Shown piece after piece: positions 41,193 through 52,371 of a stretch of 64,000 nucleotides of DNA. Within the stretch, counting starts at the first letter, position 1. Each line of letters starts with the position of its first letter. The notes under the pieces are model-generated. The model searched no databases, was not told the origin of the DNA, and saw only the letters and a list, made by a program, of their open reading frames with translations. Location of the stretch: positions 1-64,000 of the forward strand of contig JAAILG010000840.1 of NCBI GenBank assembly GCA_012026655.1. Direction: 5' to 3'. The translations under genes were made by a program, and so were the position numbers. Source of the stretch: Hydrolagus affinis. Taxonomy: Eukaryota.

Positions 41193-41375
41193 AAATAATA
41201 ATAATGATAATAATAATCCTTGCATTTGATATGGTGCTTTTCACGTCTTCCAGAAGTCCCAAAGCACTTCACAAAATATACTGTAAAATTAATTGACTGG
41301 ATATTTGTGGGCGAAACGCGGCAGCCAACGGTGCACAGCAGTGTCCCATAAACAGTCATGGATTGAAATGACTAA
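41193..41375 (-). mobile_element. SINE 3' module
   Basis: Body and tail read on the reverse strand. Confidence 0.82.
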
Positions 41376-42769
41376 ATGCCCCACAAAAAACAATATATCC
41401 CTGATTCATGGTAGAAAATAGGTACATTCTTATCTAATACTATATTAAAGTTACTGATTGTGTTTCCTCTTGGTCACTTGTAAACAGCATAACTCCTGCA
41501 TCCTGAAATTAGTTTTGCACAATGGTAACTAATCCCACTGAAGATACAGCTGTGATTTTCCAATCAAAATTTTAAACTATCCATCAAGTAAAACTTTTCC
41601 AATCTGGCCATAAGTACTATTCTAAATTGACCAGAGAGAGCCGTGCGTGTATTGCTGTCACACTTATAGTCACACTGAAAGAGATGCATTAAGTTTAACA
41701 ACTGGTTCGGTATTTAATGTCTGAATATTGAATGAAAACATCAACTCTGGTATATACAACGATTGAAGGGAATCAGAAAACTGCTAAGGAAATGCTGCTC
41801 ATTCAAACGCGGGGAATTTCATACGTGAAGTGATTTCCTTCATTTGCAGGTTTTCTTTACATTGCGGTTATATTTTTGAAAGGTGGAAAAGTGACAATTA
41901 ATTTGCCCAACATTCTATAGCTGCGCATTGAAAATCCCAAAATTGATCTGCATACATCAGCGTCAATTCAAGATTTTCCAGTGCGAAAGCAACTCCAGAG
42001 GTTATCTACAAATACATAGTCACTATCCTTTACAATGACATTTCAATGACATGATAGGGCACTATATCACATGCAAGGATAATTATTATTATTATTGACT
42101 TGTGCAAACCAATGTACTAGAAAGCCATTGAGTTATGTTTTTGTATGAAGTAATCCACGTAGAAATATCACTGCAGTTAAAATGAATTCATATGTGGGCA
42201 TAAAACATGATGAAAACCCATAAGCACATTAAGCAGACACTGTAGTGCGTAGACTGGAATCTATTGCTACCCCAAATCTATCATTTCTGCAAAGGACATA
42301 TTGCAACAATACATATTCTTATGATCACAATTAGAATTTTGCAGGGGAATTTAAAAAGATTGAAAGCGTGCCAGGATAAATATTGCAAATGATGTTACTG
42401 TTCGAGCTCACGCTAATTGATGTATACACAAAAAGTACAGGGTTTAATAGCCAAATGAGCACAAACGTTTAAAGAGCTTTGCTTAAGAGTGTAGTTAATG
42501 AAAATTTATGAATAATCCCGAGCACCTCAAGCTAAGCTAGTTTATTTAGTCACACTTTTCTGCAATTTTTACCCAACCTGCTCCAGAATAAATGGTCTCA
42601 TTTTCCAGTTTTACTAAATATGGGTCCATGCATTAGTCACTCTGGCAAATTCTGTTAAGTTATCGTTAAGTTCTGATATGTCATTCAACCAAAGGTCATA
42701 CTGTACTCAAATCTGATTTGGGGCGACATGTGAGTTTTTTTTTAACCAGGACAAAACAGGATCAAGGTA

Positions 42770-43170
42770 ATAAGAGATTAAGATGAATTAGTCCCCGTGG
42801 TCTATTTGACCTCATCTTTCCAGAAAACAAACCCTTCCACATTCCCATTACAGTACCAAACAATTTCTTAATTGAGTGCCGAGTCCTTACAGAAAACCAC
42901 CTCTCCTTGTAATCCATTCTCAATGCTCTTTACCTTCAGTGAGATGAGCACTTTGTGGTGACTGTTCTATACTTGTCCTTCATACTAGTACATCCTTGAC
43001 TGCTGCTTTGGTATATTTGAAAGTATTGTTCCAGCTTACTTGCTCTATCCTATTAAGAATCTTGTACAGCTCCTTAAGGTCCCCTCTGAGAAATCTTTTC
43101 TTGGGGCTTAGGAACCCAGGCTTATCTATTATTTCCTCATAGCTAATCTTTCTAACACAAGGGATCATAC
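42770..43170 (-). mobile_element. Degraded CR1 3' fragment
   Basis: Translation SYEEIIDKPGFLSPKKRFLRGDLKELYKIL resembles CR1 SYEERLxxLGLFSLEKRRLRGDLIEVYKI. Confidence 0.75.
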
Positions 43171-43659
43171 GCCATGCAAACTAAGAATATGGTAATAATT
43201 TCCTTTGGCAATCGAATTTATTGCAACAGCTTTATACTTGGATCCTTCTTTTACAAAAGTTACAATAGGTTCTGATTAATAATACAAAAAGAAAATGAGT
43301 TTGTAAAACCCCTTAACCAAAATTGAAGGATTGACTGAGAAGCAATATTTAGTGTATCAAATGTCTAGATGTCTCAGGGGGAAAGACAATTGCGTTGGGA
43401 GTATTGGAAGAGATTGTCCCTTCTCATCCAAATGGACAGGAAGCAATATTTTAATAACTCCTTTTTGGTTTCACAAATCTAAGGTGAGAGCTCGGGGAGG
43501 TAACCAGTAAAGCAAAACTACTCTCGATTAGAGATTTTCTCTCCTCTCCCCTTCGCATTCCTTTCATTGAATCCAGGCCAGGTAACCTGCCCCCACACGG
43601 CTTTTTTTCTCTCAAATCCATGTGGCAACCAACCGTTAGCACACGCCACACAAAAAAAA

Positions 43660-43800
43660 AACAAGGATCTGTGATGACTCTCTAATTTCTCTTCCTATTG
43701 GAAAGCACCGAGCATTTCTTGGCGACTTGCCCTCATAGTAAAACCGAGACGGAAGAGTTTACCACCGGTTTCAAAGAGATTTCTAAAAACCACAATTACT
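43660..43800 (+). mobile_element. Non-LTR retrotransposon C-terminal CCHC zinc-knuckle remnant
   Basis: RICDD followed, in another frame, by ESTEHFLATCP; this fits RxCxxC...ExxxHFLxxCP. Confidence 0.45.
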
Positions 43801-46072
43801 CAGAAACTGCCGGCGAACACGTGCTTCAAATTAGAGGCTGCCAACAATGTAGATTTAGACGCTGTGTTCTCTCGGATCAAAGTCTTTTCTGTTTTTCCTC
43901 TCCGAGAGTGCCTTTACACCTCGCTGATATACTGGGGGCCATGGAGCTTCTTCAATACTGTCAAAAAAAAATCTAAACAAAATTGACATGTTATTTTTGC
44001 TGTCAAGGTCATCAGCTCTGATTGACAGAACCCTCAATGCAAGGGGAAAACGAGTTTCTCCTCGACGCAGAAGACACCGCAACAAGAGACTTTATTTCTC
44101 ACACTAGATTTCAGCTTATCAATTGCGCTATCCATTGCATCGCCAAGTGAACGGGTCCCGAGCTTGGCCAAACACTGCTTAATATTGCCAGGTTGAAGAT
44201 GAGACCTCAAGGCCTGTGTCCTGTAGAGCTGAGAGGACAGGCGTGTCTGGTGGAAGCAGCAGCTCAGCATCACTCACAGTCACTGAGGATGTGATACAAC
44301 AGACAGGAATTGTAATGATGTCTGGAAAAGCCTCTCTTGTCTTTTTTTTTCTGGTTGTCCATTGTAAAGGTGAGGCAGAATTAATAAAAAAAAGAAGTCA
44401 GATCAGGTCACAGTAAATCTTCAATAAGGAAACATAAAGCCTTGTACAAGGCAGACACTCTAATGAAGTGCTGCTTGTCTTCCTGCTGCCTGCAGGATTT
44501 TAAACAAAACAAATGTTACAAAGATGGGGATTCTCTTACCCTTTCCTCCCTAGGCTCTTCTTTCTTATGGAGATTTCTGGGTTGCCTTCTTCTTTTCTCA
44601 GCCCCTTTTCTCTTATCTTCCATTGTTCCTCGTGTTATTATCTTCCTTCCCTTTTGTGTCCTCCCCCACCCCTCTCCATTTGTCACTCACCTCTCTTCAT
44701 CTATCTCTGCCTTTTTCTGGTCCCTTCCATTCCATCCTTGTCCAAGGCTACACATCACCTGTTTACTCTAGGGTCCTTTACTTTTTTGATACCCCAGTTC
44801 CTTTCCTTCAGTGCTGAGAGTGCCAAATGGCTAGTTTTCTGTTATAGCGCCTCACATTTTCTCCTAACAAATGCAAGGATTATTATTATTATTATTGCCT
44901 TTTTCCAACAGTCCACCTTATCAACTCAAAATTGGGGGGAATTGAGGGAGTTTAACCTGAATCTTGCCACGCTGTCTTTCCTACAGTTTTTCTTCCACCA
45001 TTTTTTAATGAAAGGTAAAAGGGGTGTTTTGATTCAAAAAGGAGCTACAGCCTCCAGTCATAGAGCTTTTAAGCTTTATCTGCCACAAAAAATTTGAGTT
45101 CAGTTACCAGAGCTTTGTTTTGGCTTTGGATTTGTTTTTTCAAACAGGAAAATAGTGTAAGAGCATTTGTTTAATAATTTTTCATTATGTATCCATAGAA
45201 TTGTTAGAGGCACTAATGCATGCACTTATTTGCACTTCAAATTTTGTTCTAGACAGAACAATATATAAGATCAAATCAAAGTCTTTGAGGCATTCTTTCA
45301 TTCAACAATGTCAACAGCAGTCAACAGAATCACAACAGAACCCAATCTGAGAATAGCTGCATTGTCCATTGAGATGAAAGTACAGACAAGAATTGATTCC
45401 AAGTGATCAATATACCATACCAATTGTACAATTCAATACCAATCACAATTTTCACTAGTTAATTGTGCTACGGCACAAACCAGAGTCCTCCGATGAGCTT
45501 TAATTCACATTAAATATTCTTGTTTAGCCACAGTATGCAATCATTTGAAGAATGGATCATTATATTAATAGGCACCTAAAGCTAATTTATTTTAATTTCT
45601 GAAAACAAGAAAATCTAAATTCTTTAAGTAGTTGGTTGTATAGATTTTCTTCAATAGACACCAACACTAAATAGGATCCCAAAGCAGGTGACTTTTGCCT
45701 TGGCTTTTTTGCCAACGTACAATTTTTCTTTAGCCCTTTTCATGAAAGGCAACTTATACCTAACCTCTCCCGGATAAAGTAACCAGTGCATGTCCCTTTG
45801 TATTCCATTCCGGACAAATACAAACTATACATAATTCTTAAGTATGATGATCCTACCTGTCTGACCGAAGAAAATAAATAAACTTTATTCTTCCAGAAAT
45901 GTTTTAAATCAGCGAACATGTTTGATAATTAAAATATGAGTCATGTTCACAATTCCGCCCACCCAAAATAACCGGAAAATGTCAGAAATGCAAAGCAAAT
46001 CAACAAAAGAAAGAGAAAGACAGATTAACGTTTTGTATTTGGTCATTAACCATCTAACTATTCCAATAATAT

Positions 46073-46432
46073 CGAGTCCTATAGCTCAGATGTTAGGGCA
46101 CTCGCCTCGCAAGTGAGAGGCATGGGTTCAATTCCCGGCAGGGTGAAATGTTGGGCAAGTTTCTTTACTTCACATGCCTCTGTTTACCTAGCAGTAAGCA
46201 GGAGCCCAGTGGTTAGTCGATTGGCGGATCGTTTTTCTGGTGGTAATAAAATTGGTCACTTCAATCTACAATTATTTGTGGGACGCCTCTGTGCACAGGT
46301 GGCTGTCGCCCACAAAATATACAGTTCATTCACTTTTTGCAGTATATTCTGTAAAGTGCTTTGAGACATCCTGAAGACGTGATAAAGCGCCACACAAATG
46401 CAAGGATTATTATTATTTTTATCATTATTATT
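46073..46432 (+). mobile_element. tRNA-derived SINE, long-linker variant
   Basis: Head, then linker gcctctgtttacctagcagtaagcaggagcccagtggttagtcgattgg (shared with 60330-60400), then body and tail. Confidence 0.82.
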
Positions 46433-47904
46433 ATGAAGCATCACACCTGAAATCTTAACGTAAGACTTCAAGAAGTCAACTTGCTGTGCGTCTCCAGAAT
46501 TTGTAATAATCTTTGCATGTCACATTGCGCTTTATCACATTGTTGGTACCCATCTCAAAATGCTTCACAGGATTTTACTGCAAAGCGTAGTGACTGCGAA
46601 TAGTAGGCAAACACTGCAGTCAATTTGCACACATGAATGTCCCACAAACTGCCATGAAGTGAATGATCCATTTGATCTTATTCCATTTTGCTTTAGGTTT
46701 CCTCCATCTGTCTGGTTATCTCTCCAAAACCAAGAATGTGACAAGGAGAATTCTAATTTGGCTGAGGCGAAAGTCACAGACTCTGAAGTAACGCAAATGC
46801 TATTTAGCCAGGGACAAATAAACAACACTAAAATATGCTAGACTTTAGTACCCACTACAGTAAACAACACAGAAAGAATGGATAGATTCACATTCATCTG
46901 ATCTGAGAGAATGTTAAGTGAATCCTTTAGAAAATCACAACAGGGTTATTAAAAAAAAATACAATAATACCAGCAAAAGAAAGAGTATCTCAGTAACAGA
47001 TAAGGCTATTAATATTTTTCTTAAATTAAAGTAAATTAAATGCATACTGTACTATTTCTTTGGAACAAAATGTAGTAGCACTGGTAGTTACTTAACTACT
47101 GGTTGTAAATAATTAAGAACATAAACACAAAGAAATAATCCTTTTTGCAGTACTTCCCGTCATTTTTTTTTACATTAACATTTGTTGTAACAAGAGTGTT
47201 TGATACTGGGACAGCAGAGAGAATAACTGTCATGGGTCTCAATGGTTATACATGTTCCTCATGTCAACTGCAGTGAGTCTGCTCAAGACAGATAATACGT
47301 ATGAGTATGTAATCAAAGGAATTATAATGAATTGGGAAGACACCTCCAGGGGTCTGTTTTAGTGTTAAATTTACTTTTGCAGATGAGATTGCGGCTAGGT
47401 GTTGGAAGATCCAATTTGCTCTATTGCTTGAATTTACTATGTTGGTAGCTGTGATTATTTCTTAGTGGAAGTAAAGTCACACGTGAAATTTTGAATTGCA
47501 GGTGCAGTCTCGGCAATTTGGTATTATGTACCAGTTTTCCCTTATCTTATGGTGGAAACTTGCACCAGTAGAGCCTAACACCACTGCACTACTGTCATGT
47601 CTTTCACACGAGTCTAATCAATAAGTAACACCACTTACCGCCTATAGTTCAACTCAATTATATTTGTCTATTCATATCACTATCATATGTGAGCATCACC
47701 ATCTCATTTCAACCCCTTCCGTACTCCCCAACTCCCCTTGAATTCCTGTATCAACTCTATTCTTTGTCTCCAAATTAACTTGATTTCCCTTCAATGCCAA
47801 ACGTTTAATCTTGCCTCCAATGACACTCCATAGACTGAAAAATGGTCACGTGCAAATATTGCTCCCGCATCTAGGGAAGTTCTTCTACCTCCTAGCTAAC
47901 CAGT

Positions 47905-48488
47905 TGCTTTGATATGTCTGGAAGACATGAAAAGCACAATATCAAATGCAAGGATTTTTTTTATTATTATATTGTTATAATATGGTTGTTGTTACAGATA
48001 TATGTAACATATGTTGTTCTTTTAAGTTCTTTTCAGAACTATATTCTGTGAAGTGTTTTGAGACGTCAATAAGATGTGAAAAGCGCTATATCAAATGCAA
48101 GGATTATTATTATTACTATTATTATTATGAAAGGCACTATTATTATTTATTCAGACCAAATGGAGTCCTGTAGCTCAGTGGTTAGAGCACTCACCTTACA
48201 AGCGTGAGACCTATGTTTCGAATCCAGGCAGGTCAGGGTGAAACCTTGTGCAAGTTTCCTTACTGCACATGCCTCATAATAATCCATCCCCAAAAAATAA
48301 TCTATAATAAGATTGGTCATTTCAATCCTCAACTGTTTGTGGGACACCGCTGTACGCAATTGGCTGCCGCGTTTCGCCCACAAATATACAGTCAATCCAC
48401 TTTACAGTACATTCTGTGAAGTGCTTTAAGACGTCTTGAAGATGTGAAAAGCGCTATATTAAATGCAAGGATTATTATTATTATTATT
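47905..48488 (+). mobile_element. Stack of two SINE tails plus a full-length SINE (48161-48488)
   Basis: Three same-strand aaatgcaaggatt termini at about 47945, 48095 and 48462. Confidence 0.87.
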
Positions 48489-48895
48489 CTTACAGGAAAC
48501 CGTCTTCCCAAGTTAAGACTGAATTCGCCAACTTGCCAGATTCTGGAGGCTCTGAAATGCACCATAACTGAGAGTAATTCCAAACCCAGTTTGAGACAGT
48601 TTGAACTCAGTTTGATTCTTCAGATATTCTGCAAGCACATTATTGTGGGGCACCCGATTTGTTGCACTCACACAGAAGCTATTGACAGAATGAATCTGGC
48701 ATTTCAAAGTTCTCCAACATGTTTTAAATGCAAACTATGAGCTTACTCACAACACTCTGAAGCTATGAAGAATTATACTTTGTACCAAGGGTTAGTCCTA
48801 CATGTATTGCTAATCAATCTGTATCTCTGCATGACCTGCTTGTTATGCTTAGCATGAATGGTGATTCATCCTTGGAGTTCTTCATGAATTTTCAA

Positions 48896-50362
48896 CTGCA
48901 TTTTTTAAGAAGAATGTTATATTGAATGCACTGCAGTTTTCCTTACAATAAATTAGGTGAAGAAAATTGTTAAAACACTGTTATAATTTTTCATATGAAT
49001 TGCAATTAAAATGCAGCATTCATAATGCTTCTTCATCAAATGCAGATGAAAAACGCTATTTCCTTAGAAGAAAATAGAAATTGTTCCAATGACTTAATTG
49101 CTGCTGTGTTTCAAAGGATTACAGTAGCCTGAGGGTCAAAACCTTTCATGTATTCTCTAGTTGGGTTTTAAATTATAAAGTAACCTTTTTTTTTGGCAAA
49201 GCTTGTTTAAAATTGATTTAAAATAAGCTATTTACATTTTGCACTAAAATAAGGTACATTTATTCAAATCATGTTGCTGGATTTGTAGCTTATTTTTAAA
49301 GCAAGCAGAATAAAATCTAGGGTTATTTTAAGCTACTTAACCCAGCAGAATAAAATATTAGGTTATCTGAATCTCACAGTTAACATGCGTGTGTCCAAAA
49401 CCTTAGCAACAACACTTATGAATAACAGGAATGCAAGCATTATTGACATGGTTTTATACATTCATATTATTGTTATCTATGGCACTACTGTGTTTGAACT
49501 TAAAAAGGAAATTTAGCACCTCAGTCAATCTAAACTGAAGGTCTATCTATTATTACTGTGAAATTATACTGGAATTTGTATTCTCCTCATGGCACTCATT
49601 CCCAATCCCCATTGATACCAATATAATAATAATAAAAAAAATCCTTGCATTTGATATAGCGCTTTTCACATCTTCTAGATGTCTCAAAGCGCTTCACACA
49701 ATATACTGTACTGTAAAGTGAATTGACTGTATATTTGTGGATGAAACGCGGCAGTTAATTGCGCACAGCAATGTCCCACAAAGAGTTATGGATTGAAATG
49801 ACCAATTTATTATAATTTTTATTTTTGAGGGATTATTACCAGACATGTGAAGTAAGGAAACTTGCTCAAGGTTTCGCCCTACCTGGATTCGAACACAGGT
49901 CTCACGCTTGTAAGGCGAGTGCTCTAACCACTGAACTACAGGGCTCCATATTGACTTCAATCTCAACTGAATAAAGATTGTGCAATTCATTAATCTATAT
50001 TAATCATACAGAGCAGAACAAACTATTTATACCTCAGTAGTTTGCATATGGATAGATAATAACTAAGAAGAAGGTTTATGCAAATAAAGCCAACTCCACT
50101 TATTTAAGAAGATTTATAAAGTACAGAAGGCTGCCAAACCTCTTCAGCATTTATGAAGATGGCCAGCTGAACTGTTGGAGAAATCCTTCCTCCATTAAAC
50201 TGAGGCTTCAATGAGCTTGCAGATGATTTTGTGCCTATGGTGTTAAGAATGATGTTTTTAGGAGTTCAGGATACAGAAACCAAGTCTATAATTTACTAAG
50301 ATGATGTACTTAATTCCTGCTGCATTTTTTAAGAAGAATGTTACATTGAATGCACTGCAGTT
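48896..50362 (+). repeat. 43-bp direct repeat pair (48896-48938 and 50320-50362), one mismatch
   Basis: ctgcattttttaagaagaatgtta[t/c]attgaatgcactgcagtt. Confidence 0.92.
49624..49948 (-). mobile_element. Full-length tRNA-derived SINE
   Basis: Inverted, highly similar partner of 48161-48488. Confidence 0.88.
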
Positions 50363-50389
50363 GACTTCACATGTCTTATTTTCGTATGC

Positions 50390-50585
50390 TAACAGGTGGT
50401 ACGCTCATAGCCACGCAATGATTTGACTATCTTCCCAGGAAAGGTGGTAGAGGCTAGGACACTGGACATTTTAAAACCAGCTGGATGCAGTGAAGGGGGA
50501 GACTGTTGCACGGATATTTTGGAGCAATTAGATTGGATGGGTCAAAGGGATCTTCTTTATCCAGAACAATCTTGTGTGATCTTGT
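50390..50585 (+). mobile_element. Degraded CR1 3' end
   Basis: cttcccaggaaaggtggtagaggct...catttaaaaccagctggatg...gatgggtcaaaggg...cttgtg. Confidence 0.55.
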
Positions 50586-52050
50586 GAAGAGTGGGCAATA
50601 AATCTGCTTGACATATTGAAGGGAAGCGAGAATGATTTAGTCCACGCGCACTAAACTTTAAGCAACTCGCGTTTTGTCAAATATATTTTGTGCTGCAATT
50701 GTAGGAAGGGAAAGGAAGAAACAGTAGGGTTAATAGATAGTGTAGATAGCTGCAAGTCGAGATAGAGTAACGACAACAAAAATACACAGTTGGATGAGGT
50801 CTGTACAAGTACCTTTGCACCATGACATTATCACAATTAGTTTTTGTGTCAATTGTCTACATGGCCAGAACCGTATTTTTGTGCCCACCCTCTATATACA
50901 GTTGTCTGATATGCCTGTCAAATTTCACCTAGTGCAAAAACTGTCAAAAGAATGTAGGCATGTAGCTTTTTTGTCCCCATTGTACAGCAGCTAGTGTTAC
51001 AATCAATAAACCGGCTATATAACCAACTGAGCTGGATTTCAAATCCCCTGTAACTTGTAGCAAGAGGCTGCCAAAGAGAGCCGGAAGCAGTGTGTGTTTT
51101 CGAGAGGTAAACTAAGTCCTTTGCATAATATACATATTGTGTTATTGTTTCACTGGTTGCATAATGTCAAATTGGAGCTATTTGATTTAATATTGCAAAA
51201 CACTTTCTTTACTGGGAATGGAAAATTCCCAAAGCACAATGAAGTTTTACCTGGTCTTTCGCTCTTCATTTACAGTACCACTAATAATCATAATTATCCT
51301 TGGATAGTGCTTGGTTTATTTCCCACCTACAGCAAAGAACTTCTTATGTAATATTAAATTGAGGTTCCTTACGAGGAAAATAATACTTGATATTGCTAAT
51401 GTACAATAACACCCCAAATTTACTCATGTGGTTTTACATCTTTCAAAAAAACACACACAGTGTTGCCCTGTGATACGGCCTGCCATTCCTATTGCAAATG
51501 GGGCTGGAAAATTCACATCAACATCCAAGCATTCAATTCTTGCTTTATGTATCAAGTGGATTGGGTTGTTGTCCAGGCAACCTAGGCCCATCTGCTTAGC
51601 AGTGAGCACATCTGGAGAATAAGGCAATCTGTGGTGAAGGTTACAAAGGGAAGCACAATTGCCACGAGACCACTATTATCTTAAAACTCTCATCACTTGT
51701 AGAGCAGATGCTGAGGTCAGATCCACGTACACTACCCGGAACTGAGTGTTCGAGAATTCACTGAACATAGAAGTTGCTACGCAGACTGCAAGAGAGGAAG
51801 CTTTATCTTCAGGAGATATTAAGTTTTGATTAAAAAATAAACTATCAACTCTAGAGATAAATTAATTACAAGACAAAAGGTTTCCTAGACTGCCAAATAA
51901 TTCAGAATTCCTTGATCAATTTAACTTCTTAAAACCTCTCATCCAGTTACGCATGCATATTCCCTGCAGCGAACGAATAATAAACATTGTTAAACATTTC
52001 AACAGCGTAAGTGAGTAACAAACCGAGAAAGAGATAAGGAAACTACATAC

Positions 52051-52161
52051 TGAGCAGGTCTTGTTGGCATTTCGTTTCCAATGTTGTTTGAGATTCTTGG
52101 TTGCTTCTGTGGATCGCAGAGAGACGCATGTCTTCACATGTGGATTTAATGCCAGAATGTT
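52051..52161 (-). CDS. DPYD: DPYD exon 2 (111 nt), NILALNPHVKTCVSLRSTEATKNLKQHWKRNANKTCS
   Basis: ttcttgtag acceptor and gtatgt donor. The ILALNP and HWKRN motifs and the length match human exon 2. Phase 0-0. Confidence 0.93.
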
Positions 52162-52279
52162 CTACAAGAAACAGAAGTGTTTCAGTATTGGTTTCAGGTA
52201 ATGAAAGACAGAATAGATCAAAAAATGAGTTGTAAATTTTCCAGGCTTACTTAACGATAAATACACAGAACACACAAGT

Positions 52280-52371
52280 CACTACACTTTGTTGTACATT
52301 CTGTGGAGCGCTTTGAGATATTTGAATGACGTGACGAAGCACTGCGTCAAATGCAAGGATTATTATTATTA
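52280..52371 (+). mobile_element. SINE 3' fragment about 120 nt upstream of the exon 2 acceptor
   Basis: ctgtggagcgctttgaga...gcaaggattattatt. Confidence 0.75.

Noticed and set aside
43855-44273. Overlapping minus-strand ORFs as a coding relic or extra DPYD exon
   Set aside because: Splicing from exon 2 into the acceptor near 44220 reaches a stop within 14 codons, and I recognise no motif. DPYD exons 2 and 3 already join without a gap.
44315-44520. Immunoglobulin/TCR V gene (leader ending in KG with a phase-1 intron and an acceptor ~125 nt later)
   Set aside because: The proximal exon reads GGA TTT TAA (stop), and no V-domain Cys/Trp pattern or RSS heptamer-nonamer follows.
44442-45097. Hydrophobic 109-194 aa ORFs suggesting a membrane protein
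   Set aside because: They arise from a CT-rich low-complexity tract that lacks stop codons, plus a SINE tail.
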